This document shows, piece after piece, positions 57,036 through 64,000 of a stretch of 64,000 bases of DNA. Origin of the DNA: Cyclobacteriaceae bacterium (GTDB lineage Bacteria > Bacteroidota > Bacteroidia > Cytophagales > Cyclobacteriaceae); NCBI GenBank assembly GCA_039986395.1, contig JBDWQX010000205.1, positions 201 to 64,200 on the forward strand, given 5' to 3'. A program made the position numbers and the translations under genes. The notes below the pieces were generated by a model that worked only from the letters and a program-made list of their open reading frames with translations, did no database searches and had not been told where the DNA came from. Position 1 is the stretch's first letter; each line of letters begins with the position of its first letter.

Positions 57036-59540
57036 TTAGAACCCTACCCCAATCCGGAACCCATTAGCTGCAGAAGATCCGTCTCTGAATGCCCACCAAT
57101 AGTCGACTCTCATGAATTTGAAAATGTGCTCAATACCAGCCCCAAGCTCAACGTAGTTCCCTAACGCTTTGGTGTTTAGATAATTTACAGAGCCCACTGC
57201 CTGCAGATTAAGTTTCTTAACCAATGGGATTTTGTTAAAGATGAATTCATTGAAATGATGTTCGAAGTGCGCTTCCAAATATGAATCTTTTGTACTGAAT
57301 GCATAGAATGGAAGTAGTTCAAATTTGTATCGCTTGTCCACTTGACTCAGGCTGGTTTGATTACCTGAAAAATGTTTAAAATCCACAAAAGTCAAAGAAT
57401 TGGCATTCAAGAAACTACCGGCCTCCACCGAGTACGTGCTACTCCCTGACAAGCCAAGACTTATATCATCCTGCACTCGCACGCTTACAAAGTCATAATT
57501 GATATCAGCGAGTCCCTTCTTAAGCGTTACAAACAATTCTGGATATTTTGAGGAATAAATAAATTTCCGATCTGGTCTGGTGGCATACCGTTGATTAAAT
57601 CTGATTCTGAAAGTCGCGCTGGCAGTCACTGCCTTTGAAGTCGGGAAACCTGTTCCAATTGCTCCGTCAGTGCCGCCATTCAGTTCTTCACTGTAGGGTT
57701 GATTTGGTGTGAACGTTCTCTTTTCATCACTCACCCATGTATAATCTTTAGTGTTAGACAGGGTATCTCTGGAGGCATATTCCAGCCTTGCGTTCATTCG
57801 AATCCCATTTACCAATTCCTGTTGAAACCGTACATATCCAAAAGATTTTTGAAACAACTTCATGTAATTATCACCCCTTACCAGCGTGACATAGGTATTG
57901 ATAAAAGGGGTAATCGCGTCCTCATTGAACTGCGAGACATAATTTCCTCCACCAAAATAGATTCGTGTAAACTTATCATCCAGAAATCTGTAGCTAGCAT
58001 CAAGCTTAGCGTACAATTTTTCGCTAGAAAATCCGTACCTCAGTGAAGGACGGAACCAGTACGTTGTTCTTTCATCATTTTGAGACCAAATGGTAGGTTG
58101 AAACTCTGTTACCAACCCTTCTACCGTATTGAACTGTAGCATGCTTTGAATTGAAGGTAAAGACCAATATTTCTCTGCAACACTATTGGAGTGATTATAT
58201 CCTGAAAGCAGAACATTTCCGACAGTTAACTTGTTTCGCTCACGATCGACTGAGTCTTTATAGGGAACACTTTCCTTCACAAATCTCACACTGTCCTTGA
58301 CTCGGTAATCTTCAACTTCTACCATCGTGAGTGGAATCGGCCTAATATTCTCCCAATAACTAGAGTCACGTTTGTTCGACCCCTCTTCCACGTACAATAC
58401 TTCCCGGGTGAAATCCTTTTCAGCAAACAAATCTTTCTCTGGTTCAGACTGGAAGGTCTCTTCGAAGAGTTCTTCTTCTTTGTAGAGTTCGTAATTCGGC
58501 TCCACCACGTAGTTCGAATACACCCCGAGGTAGTATCCCTTCCCCTTGAAGCCAAAGCCACCAAATTGAAACTCAAATTTTTGTAGGATTGGCATCCATA
58601 TGTCATTCTGCGTGGGTGCAAAAACCTGGTTGATTCTGAGTGAATCTGTAAACTCTATTCCTCTGGCCTTGGTGGCCAGGAGGTCTATGGTGTGAAATTT
58701 CCAAGTGTCTTCAACAATGTACACCACACCTTCAAAAGCTGGATCTGTGGATCGCTTCGGCAAGAGTCTGATCTTATTTATCAGTTTTCCATCTTCTTCG
58801 AAAGCTCCCAACCACTCAAAATCATAGAAAATAAATGCCTGATTAGAAATTGGAGACACGAAAACACGTTCGCCCAGAATATCATGTTTGTAGCTCTTTT
58901 CGTAGGCATTTATGTTGAAATCAGAGGCTTGGTTAAAACTAAACCCTTGCTCATTTCCACTCACCTTAGACGAAATCATGCGCTCGCTTATTTTGTCAGG
59001 TCGTTCGAATGCAAATTCTGAAACAGATTCAGATAGATATAAGATGCCCGTATCAACTGTTATTGTTTGTCCCAGGATTTTATCTGGCCTTTTTAGCAAT
59101 CTGAACAAGCCCTTGATGTAGGCATCGTTCTTAAAGGCTCGAACTTCATTTTCATAAAACTTTCGTTTCTTGATTGCCTCCCGAATGACACGATTAGCGG
59201 GGTTATCGTCATTGGCTGTGATAGTCACGGTTTGGAGTTGGAGTGCCTGCTCATCCAGGATAAAATCAATTTCAATCATTTGTCCTTCTGAAACAGTGAT
59301 CTGTCGTTCAAGAACGGCGTACCCAACATACTGCACAACAATCGTATGCTTTCCAGGAGGTGTTCTCAGAAAATAAGCGGACCTTTCATTTGAGGTCGTT
59401 CCATTCGTGGTCCCTTTGATATAGATGGTAGAAAAGGGAAGTTCTTCACCATCCGAGCTTTTTATGGTACCGCGAATTCCTGTCTGAGCCAGAGTAATTG
59501 ATGAGAGGAAAACTGAAAGTAAAAGAAACGATAATCTCAT
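57036..59540 (-). CDS. DUF5686 / carboxypeptidase-regulatory-like domain outer-membrane protein
   Basis: 834 aa with a signal peptide. An N-terminal CarboxypepD_reg pattern follows (IRGTIKSSDGEELPFSTIYIKGTTNGTTSN). The large beta-barrel-like C-terminus ends in GFRIGVGF. Confidence 0.75.
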   Translation of the reverse strand: MRLSFLLLSVFLSSITLAQTGIRGTIKSSDGEELPFSTIYIKGTTNGTTSNERSAYFLRTPPGKHTIVVQYVGYAVLERQITVSEGQMIEIDFILDEQALQLQTVTITANDDNPANRVIREAIKKRKFYENEVRAFKNDAYIKGLFRLLKRPDKILGQTITVDTGILYLSESVSEFAFERPDKISERMISSKVSGNEQGFSFNQASDFNINAYEKSYKHDILGERVFVSPISNQAFIFYDFEWLGAFEEDGKLINKIRLLPKRSTDPAFEGVVYIVEDTWKFHTIDLLATKARGIEFTDSLRINQVFAPTQNDIWMPILQKFEFQFGGFGFKGKGYYLGVYSNYVVEPNYELYKEEELFEETFQSEPEKDLFAEKDFTREVLYVEEGSNKRDSSYWENIRPIPLTMVEVEDYRVKDSVRFVKESVPYKDSVDRERNKLTVGNVLLSGYNHSNSVAEKYWSLPSIQSMLQFNTVEGLVTEFQPTIWSQNDERTTYWFRPSLRYGFSSEKLYAKLDASYRFLDDKFTRIYFGGGNYVSQFNEDAITPFINTYVTLVRGDNYMKLFQKSFGYVRFQQELVNGIRMNARLEYASRDTLSNTKDYTWVSDEKRTFTPNQPYSEELNGGTDGAIGTGFPTSKAVTASATFRIRFNQRYATRPDRKFIYSSKYPELFVTLKKGLADINYDFVSVRVQDDISLGLSGSSTYSVEAGSFLNANSLTFVDFKHFSGNQTSLSQVDKRYKFELLPFYAFSTKDSYLEAHFEHHFNEFIFNKIPLVKKLNLQAVGSVNYLNTKALGNYVELGAGIEHIFKFMRVDYWWAFRDGSSAANGFRIGVGF

Positions 59541-59681
59541 GTAGGCGGGCTGTTGGGTTTAATCTCTAACTTGAGTATAATGCTTTTAGTGCATCGAAGG
59601 TTGCACGAACACTCAATTTTTAACAAAATGTTTTTAGTTGTGAGCTAACTTGGCAAAAGATATACCAGTTGGTGAATTAGT

Positions 59682-60485
59682 ATGCAAAAAGTAGCAATTA
59701 TTACAGGTGGCTCTTCAGGGATTGGCAAATCCCTGGTTCTACGATATGCACATGAGGGTTATGCGGTCGTCTTCACTGGTAGGGATGAAACTAGGATGCA
59801 AAATACCGAAGAGGAACTCAGAAACGGAGGGCATAACTTTCTTTCTCTGGTTCTAGATGCCGCATCCGAGAAGGACAATCAGAAATTAATTGAAAAGACT
59901 ATTAGTCAGTTTGGAAGGATAGATGTGGTTGTCTGCAACGCTGGAATTTCAATGCGTGCATTGTTTGAAGATTTGGACATTCAGGTGTTTAAGCAACTAA
60001 TGGACATTAATTTTTATGGTGCCATTTACGTTGTCAAAGCTGCCTTGCCTCATTTGCTAAAATCGCGAGGATCTATCATCGGTATCTCTTCAATAAATGG
60101 GCGAAGGTCCACACCAGCTAGAAGTGCCTACACGTCTTCGAAATTTGCGTTGGAGGGTTTCCTTGAAACACTAAGAACGGAAGTAATGACCAGGGGCCTT
60201 CACGTGCTTGTGGTCCGTCCTGGATTTACAAGCTCTAATATCAGAAATGCTGCGCTTACTGCTGATGGAAAATCGCAAGGTGAGTCGCCGCGCGATGAGA
60301 AAGAAATGATGTCCTCAGACGAAGTTGCTTTGAAGACTTTTGAGGCCGAGCAAAGAAGGAAAAGAGATTTGGTCTTAACTAGAGATGGAAAACTGGCACT
60401 CTTTTTTAATAAAATAGTCCCTGGTTGGGTGGACAAAAAAATTTATGATAGAATGAAGAAAGAGCCTGATTCGCCTCTTAAATAA
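59682..60485 (+). CDS. short-chain dehydrogenase/reductase (SDR) family oxidoreductase
   Basis: Has TGGSSGIGK, NAG and YTSSK (YxxxK) motifs. Confidence 0.9.
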   Translation: MQKVAIITGGSSGIGKSLVLRYAHEGYAVVFTGRDETRMQNTEEELRNGGHNFLSLVLDAASEKDNQKLIEKTISQFGRIDVVVCNAGISMRALFEDLDIQVFKQLMDINFYGAIYVVKAALPHLLKSRGSIIGISSINGRRSTPARSAYTSSKFALEGFLETLRTEVMTRGLHVLVVRPGFTSSNIRNAALTADGKSQGESPRDEKEMMSSDEVALKTFEAEQRRKRDLVLTRDGKLALFFNKIVPGWVDKKIYDRMKKEPDSPLK

Positions 60486-61185
60486 TTTTTATTTTCCCAT
60501 TTCTGAGAAATACCTCTTCTCCGTCCCAGTCAATTTTGGTCCAGACTTCAGATCGATCAATAACAGTTACTTTATGACCTTTATCTATCATCATCACTGG
60601 TTCCGCTCCAGCAGATGGACCATTTCTTAGCAGCGTGCTATTTTGACTGATGATCCCATAAGTACCTTCATAGGCACCGTTAGACAACACCAGAAGTGCC
60701 GTAAGAGTCAGTAGCTGAAAAACGGAAGCGGTGATTGGTTTTTCATTGAGCTGCCTCTTTTTGTAAGTATAAACAGTCAGAAACAGTGCTACTGCAAGCA
60801 GTGCTAAAATGATCTGTCCACGGTACTTATTAATCATTGCCATGAAAAAGTGGGAGTCGTTATAGCTATACCCCGTTAAATTCATTTCCTGACTTATCTC
60901 CTCAATCTTGCCAACTACAGATTTGTCAGCAGAATTTTTGTAATACAAATCCAGATAGTACAGTGCATCAACATAGTTACCTAACCCATCCTTTATAAAG
61001 GCCATTTTGAGCAACATCGATTCACTAAACTGTCCTGCTTGAAAAACACTTTCATAGACTTGAAAAGCCTCCGTGTACTTTTGCTGCGCAAACAATGAGT
61101 CTGCTTGAGTCTGCAGCTTCTGCGTTGCAGAAGCGTCAAGAATTCCTACCAAAAAAATGAACCCGACTATTAATCTTAAGATCAT
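60478..61185 (-). CDS. TPR-like / TM / SH3-like domain protein
   Basis: 235 aa with a signal peptide, TPR-like helices, one TM helix (IILALLAVALFLTVY) and an SH3b-like C-terminus (LRNGPSAGAEPVMMIDKGHKVTVIDRSEVWTKIDWDGEEVFL). Confidence 0.65.
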   Translation of the reverse strand: MILRLIVGFIFLVGILDASATQKLQTQADSLFAQQKYTEAFQVYESVFQAGQFSESMLLKMAFIKDGLGNYVDALYYLDLYYKNSADKSVVGKIEEISQEMNLTGYSYNDSHFFMAMINKYRGQIILALLAVALFLTVYTYKKRQLNEKPITASVFQLLTLTALLVLSNGAYEGTYGIISQNSTLLRNGPSAGAEPVMMIDKGHKVTVIDRSEVWTKIDWDGEEVFLRNGKIKII

Positions 61186-61272
61186 ATGGAATTTTGATTT
61201 AAGGTGTCTATTTTTGCAACCGCAATTTAGAGAACGCTCTCATAATTGCATGTTTTTTTATGTTAAAAGGAT

Positions 61273-61345
61273 GATTCGTTAGCTCAGCTGGTAGAGCATC
61301 TCCCTTTTAAGGAGAGGGTCCTGGGTTCGAGCCCCAGACGAATCA
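61273..61345 (+). tRNA. tRNA-Lys (anticodon TTT)
   Basis: Hand-folded cloverleaf. The acceptor stem is GATTCGT/ACGAATC, the D arm GCTC-AGCTGGTA-GAGC and the anticodon arm TCTCC-CTTTTAA-GGAGA. The variable loop is GGGTC, the T arm CTGGG-TTCGAGC-CCCAG and the discriminator A. It is 73 nt and no CCA is encoded. Confidence 0.93.
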
Positions 61346-61349
61346 CTTT

Positions 61350-61373
61350 AATCCCGCTTGAGCGGGATTTTTT
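61350..61373 (+). terminator. rho-independent terminator after tRNA-Lys
   Basis: AATCCCGC-TTGA-GCGGGATT followed by TTTT. Confidence 0.7.
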
Positions 61374-61397
61374 ATGTCCTTTGTGGACGAGAAGCCT

Positions 61398-61418
61398 GTC
61401 CCGAACTTGCTTCGGGAA
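61398..61418. repeat. REP-like hairpin
   Basis: GTCCCGAA-CTTGC-TTCGGGAA has the same GTC...GAA-N5-TTC... design as the hairpins at 20423, 21374, 47934 and 47993. Confidence 0.6.
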
Positions 61419-61436
61419 GCCCCAGACGAATCACTT
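61418..61436 (+). repeat. perfect 19-nt direct repeat of the tRNA-Lys 3' end
   Basis: AGCCCCAGACGAATCACTT at 61330-61348 (inside and just past the tRNA) is repeated exactly at 61418-61436. Confidence 0.85.
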
Positions 61437-61463
61437 GGCTTTGAGGAATCAAAGCCTTTTTTT
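61437..61463 (+). terminator. second rho-independent terminator
   Basis: GGCTTTGA-GGAA-TCAAAGCC followed by T7. Confidence 0.7.
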
Positions 61464-61500
61464 ATCCAACAAGGTTGAAATTATCCTGGTGAATGCTGGG

Positions 61501-61519
61501 GAGCCACAGACAGTTCACT
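61501..61519 (+). repeat. degenerate third copy of the tRNA-Lys 3' end
   Basis: GAGCCACAGACAGTTCACT compared with the tRNA segment GAGCCCCAGACGAATCACT gives 15/19 identical. A weak hairpin plus T7 follows (61541-61549). Confidence 0.5.
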
Positions 61520-61780
61520 GTAACGCATCCGAAAGGACGGGGTTTTTTTGTGTCTTTCCTGCAAGATTTTTCCCCACAGCAATTAGGTCCACTCGAAATC
61601 TCCAGTTCATTTTAATGATAAAAGCATGAAGTCAGGCAAGAATCTAGCACCGTACGATTGATATTCAAAAATGATATTTGACTCATAATGAGAGATTATA
61701 TATCATGACAATCAATTTCTCTCCTGTTCTGTGCACGGATATTAATTCTTATTATATTTAACATTAAAACAATATTAGAT

Positions 61781-62077
61781 ATGAAAACCAAAATTTCAAT
61801 CATTGCACTTTTCATCTTTTTATCCTTCGGAGCCTCCGCTTCAAATGATAGCAAAAACCCAACAGAAGCTCCTAGTCAAAGAGTCGTTGAGCTTACTGAA
61901 AGGGTCAATGAAATCAAAGAAATCAATTTGAAAGAGTTGGAAAGAAAAGAGAAAAAGGCATTGAAAAGCGAGCTTAAGACAATCGAAAAGGAGTTGAAAG
62001 CTAATGGCCTAGATAGTAAAGTGAGTATTTCCATTGGAGCTATAATTATTATCCTTCTCCTATTGATCATTATCTAA
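61781..62077 (+). CDS. small secreted/tail-anchored coiled-coil protein
   Basis: 98 aa with a signal peptide (ALFIFLSFGASA), a Lys/Glu-rich helix and a C-terminal hydrophobic anchor (ISIGAIIIILLLLIII). Confidence 0.55.
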   Translation: MKTKISIIALFIFLSFGASASNDSKNPTEAPSQRVVELTERVNEIKEINLKELERKEKKALKSELKTIEKELKANGLDSKVSISIGAIIIILLLLIII

Positions 62078-62120
62078 GTCAAGGACTACTTCGGCGCTCA
62101 ATAATTTTAGGAGAGAAGCT

Positions 62121-62151
62121 AAGTAGGATTTCTTTCGAGTAAATCCTACTT
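62121..62151. terminator. perfect 11-bp hairpin between convergent genes (no T-run)
   Basis: AAGTAGGATTT-CTTTCGAGT-AAATCCTACTT. The lack of a U-tract makes a terminator function uncertain. Confidence 0.4.
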
Positions 62152-62154
62152 GGC

Positions 62155-63816
62155 TCATTCTATCACTACGGGATCGTTTATATCAGATTTTGGAATCCAG
62201 ATTCTGAAAGTCGATCCTTTTCCTATCTCACTTTCCAGCGAAACGATGCAACTGTTCTTTTCCAACAGTCCAAGACTCAGGCTTAAGCCGAGCCCCGTTC
62301 CAACCTCTCCGCTTGTTCCAACAGACGACTTCTGTATTTCCTTCTTCAAAATAGCGTCTTGGACCTCCTGAGACATTCCAGCTCCAGAATCCATTATCTC
62401 AATCAATACAGAGTCATCATCAGTCGAAGTCTCAACCACTACTTCTCCTCCGGGATCCGTGAATTTCAATGCATTGTGAAACAAGTTTCTAATTGCTGCT
62501 TGCAGATGATTTTCATCCATCCATCCATCTACTTCGCAATTCAGCTTCATTCTAAAGAGTATTTCCTTCCTTTCGATCAACGTTTTGAACAAATCAGCAT
62601 TCTCTTTTACAACTTCGTTTACATCCACTTCGCTCGGATACGCACTAATACCACCCATTTGAATCCGAGCCCAATCCAGTAGCTCATCCAGCCGTCCTCT
62701 TAACGTAGTCAGGCGTTCCTTGATTTCCCGCTGATATCGTATAAACTCTTCTTTTGAGATAGTTTCCTCATCACTGATATTTAGAAGACTTTGGAATAGA
62801 TTTAATGGACTTCTTATGTCGTGCGCAATCAGCGAAAAGAGCTTATCCTTCGTTTCGTTTGCTCTTCTCAATGATTCCTCTGCCTCCACAAGCTCTGACA
62901 CATCATCCACATAAATACTGATTGCCTCAATCGCTCCTTTGTCATCCCGGACGGGTACGTACATCCCTCTGGAATAGATTCCTTTACCCGACGGTAAAAC
63001 ATCTCTTTCCAAAAACGACACAGAATCCCCTGCTAGTGCTTTCTCATAATGTGGTTGATGTGTTTCAAGGATGTTTTCTGGTAATATTTTCGTTCTCCTC
63101 TTTCCAATAATCTCTCCTTTTTCAAAGCCAAACATGTTGGAGTAATGATCATTTGCAATTTTGTAATTGCCGCTTTTATCCACCAGCGCCATGAACACAG
63201 GCACATTGTCCAACAAGGAGTACAGTGTCTTCTCATGTTCATTGGTTTTCGCAACAGCTCGCAACAATACCTTCTTGAAGAAATCAAGAAAAAGGAAAAG
63301 GAACCATGCAGCGAAAAATAAATTTAAAGAGGCGATTATGAATTGCGTATCATATTCCAAATTCCAATACTCCTTTCGAACCACTTTGACTCCAATTAAC
63401 AGTATAAAAGTCATCCAATAGCTGAAAATCTTGAGTCTACCCTCTAGCAATAACAACGGCACAGCCATCACCGCAAAGAAAATGTATTCAACCTCTGAGA
63501 GGAGATTTGAACGAATGGAGGCAATCGAAAGGCTTAGTACAATAAGGTTGGATAAGGCGATAAACAGGAGCCCTCCAGCTCTGTAAAATCTCCGGTGATT
63601 AAGATAGTATACAGACAGATATGAAAAGGAGCCCAAAAAGCAAATCAGGGAAATGTTGTTGAGTCCAAGAAAGACTGAAACCAATCCCATAAATAAGGCT
63701 CCACCAACGCAGAAAAAAGCGAGGTAGTTTGTCATCAAAATTTGCCTGTACTCCAAAATCGGAACAGTATTTTGAAGGCCTATTTTTAAGATACGCCGGA
63801 TAGGGTTTGAAACCAT
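62155..63816 (-). CDS. membrane-bound PAS-domain sensor histidine kinase
   Basis: 553 aa with about 6 N-terminal TM helices and a PAS-like segment. It has the H-box (FSLIAHDIRSPL), the N/G boxes (NLFHNALKFT, DSGAGM, GTGLGLSL) and an ATG start. Confidence 0.9.
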   Translation of the reverse strand: MVSNPIRRILKIGLQNTVPILEYRQILMTNYLAFFCVGGALFMGLVSVFLGLNNISLICFLGSFSYLSVYYLNHRRFYRAGGLLFIALSNLIVLSLSIASIRSNLLSEVEYIFFAVMAVPLLLLEGRLKIFSYWMTFILLIGVKVVRKEYWNLEYDTQFIIASLNLFFAAWFLFLFLDFFKKVLLRAVAKTNEHEKTLYSLLDNVPVFMALVDKSGNYKIANDHYSNMFGFEKGEIIGKRRTKILPENILETHQPHYEKALAGDSVSFLERDVLPSGKGIYSRGMYVPVRDDKGAIEAISIYVDDVSELVEAEESLRRANETKDKLFSLIAHDIRSPLNLFQSLLNISDEETISKEEFIRYQREIKERLTTLRGRLDELLDWARIQMGGISAYPSEVDVNEVVKENADLFKTLIERKEILFRMKLNCEVDGWMDENHLQAAIRNLFHNALKFTDPGGEVVVETSTDDDSVLIEIMDSGAGMSQEVQDAILKKEIQKSSVGTSGEVGTGLGLSLSLGLLEKNSCIVSLESEIGKGSTFRIWIPKSDINDPVVIE

Positions 63817-63841
63817 ATATCAACTAGTCCATCTGGAGAAA

Positions 63842-64000
63842 CTAAAGCTCGTTAATGCACTCGTAAATCGCATTAACCAATTGATCTGCACTTCTTAAGG
63901 GTTTTTGAATAAAAGCAACATACTCAATATCATAATTTTCCATCACCTCTTCGCCGTGACTGGTAATTACGATAGTCTTAGGCTGATGATCAGTGACTTC
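63842..64000 (-). CDS. response-regulator receiver domain protein, 3' end only
   Basis: My own reverse-strand translation is open to the window edge: ...EVTDHQPKTIVITSHGEEVMENYDIEYVAFIQKPLRSADQLVNAIYECINEL*, with the stop at 63844-63842. The pattern (beta5 FIQKP plus a final helix) fits a receiver domain. It lies 25 nt upstream of the kinase. Confidence 0.6.
   Translation of the reverse strand, partial: EVTDHQPKTIVITSHGEEVMENYDIEYVAFIQKPLRSADQLVNAIYECINEL

Noticed and set aside
57033-57038. Convergent genes whose stop codons abut with zero spacer (TAG at 57033-57035, and TAA on the reverse strand at 57038-57036).
   Set aside because: This is unusual-looking, but compact convergent ends without terminator hairpins are common in Bacteroidota, and there is nothing further to test from sequence.
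61273-61780. Searched for an integrase, excisionase or other mobile-element gene next to the tRNA-Lys repeats. I also searched the whole window for transposases, reverse transcriptases, Cas genes, CRISPR arrays, restriction-modification genes and toxin-antitoxin pairs.
   Set aside because: None of the listed ORFs, or my own translations, show the corresponding motifs. There are no regularly spaced direct repeats of CRISPR type. The Arc-like gene has no adjacent toxin-sized partner.

Overview
This 64-kb chromosomal window is from a Bacteroidota genome, probably a marine Cytophagales- or Flavobacteriia-like organism. Supporting markers are a T9SS type-B (gliding-motility C-terminal) sorting protein, a DUF5686 outer-membrane protein, a PadR plus prefix-domain FtsX permease pair, two ECF sigma modules and one TAnnTTTG-type -7 box. 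The window is densely coded, with about 57 CDS, 1 tRNA and 1 disrupted gene. Most of it is housekeeping: purB, pyrR-pyrB, sucA-sucB-lpd, aspS, tadA, a Fe/Mn SOD, a complete his operon (hisG-D-C::B-H-A-F-IE) and rlmD. Accessory patches cover 1-8.4 kb (AraC regulators, an ECF sigma/anti-sigma/OMP trio, an SPFH-membrane-Arc trio, OMP plus DUF3179). They also cover 18.9-21.4 kb (ECF pair, a gene-free gap, a repeat-bracketed S1 protease). A third patch at 28.5-38.2 kb holds a TPR histidine kinase, a WYL/GyrI/VOC/DUF1801 operon, MarR and PadR+FtsX. I found no integrase, transposase, reverse transcriptase, Cas, restriction-modification or recognised defence genes, and no CRISPR array, so I cannot point to a clear novel multi-gene system. 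The signals most worth follow-up are at the nucleotide level. (1) A four-helix-bundle gene (23S-IVS / Avd-like family) flanked by 24-bp inverted repeats sits between sucB and lpd, and a solo copy of its left arm follows sod. (2) A His-rich leader peptide plus terminator lies in front of hisG. (3) HisC is fused to the IGP-dehydratase domain with no histidinol-phosphatase domain. (4) A family of REP-like palindromic hairpins punctuates the his operon and brackets a leaderless trypsin-like protease. (5) Scar-like repeats of the tRNA-Lys 3' end each carry their own terminator. All product calls come from reading the translations; no database search was run.
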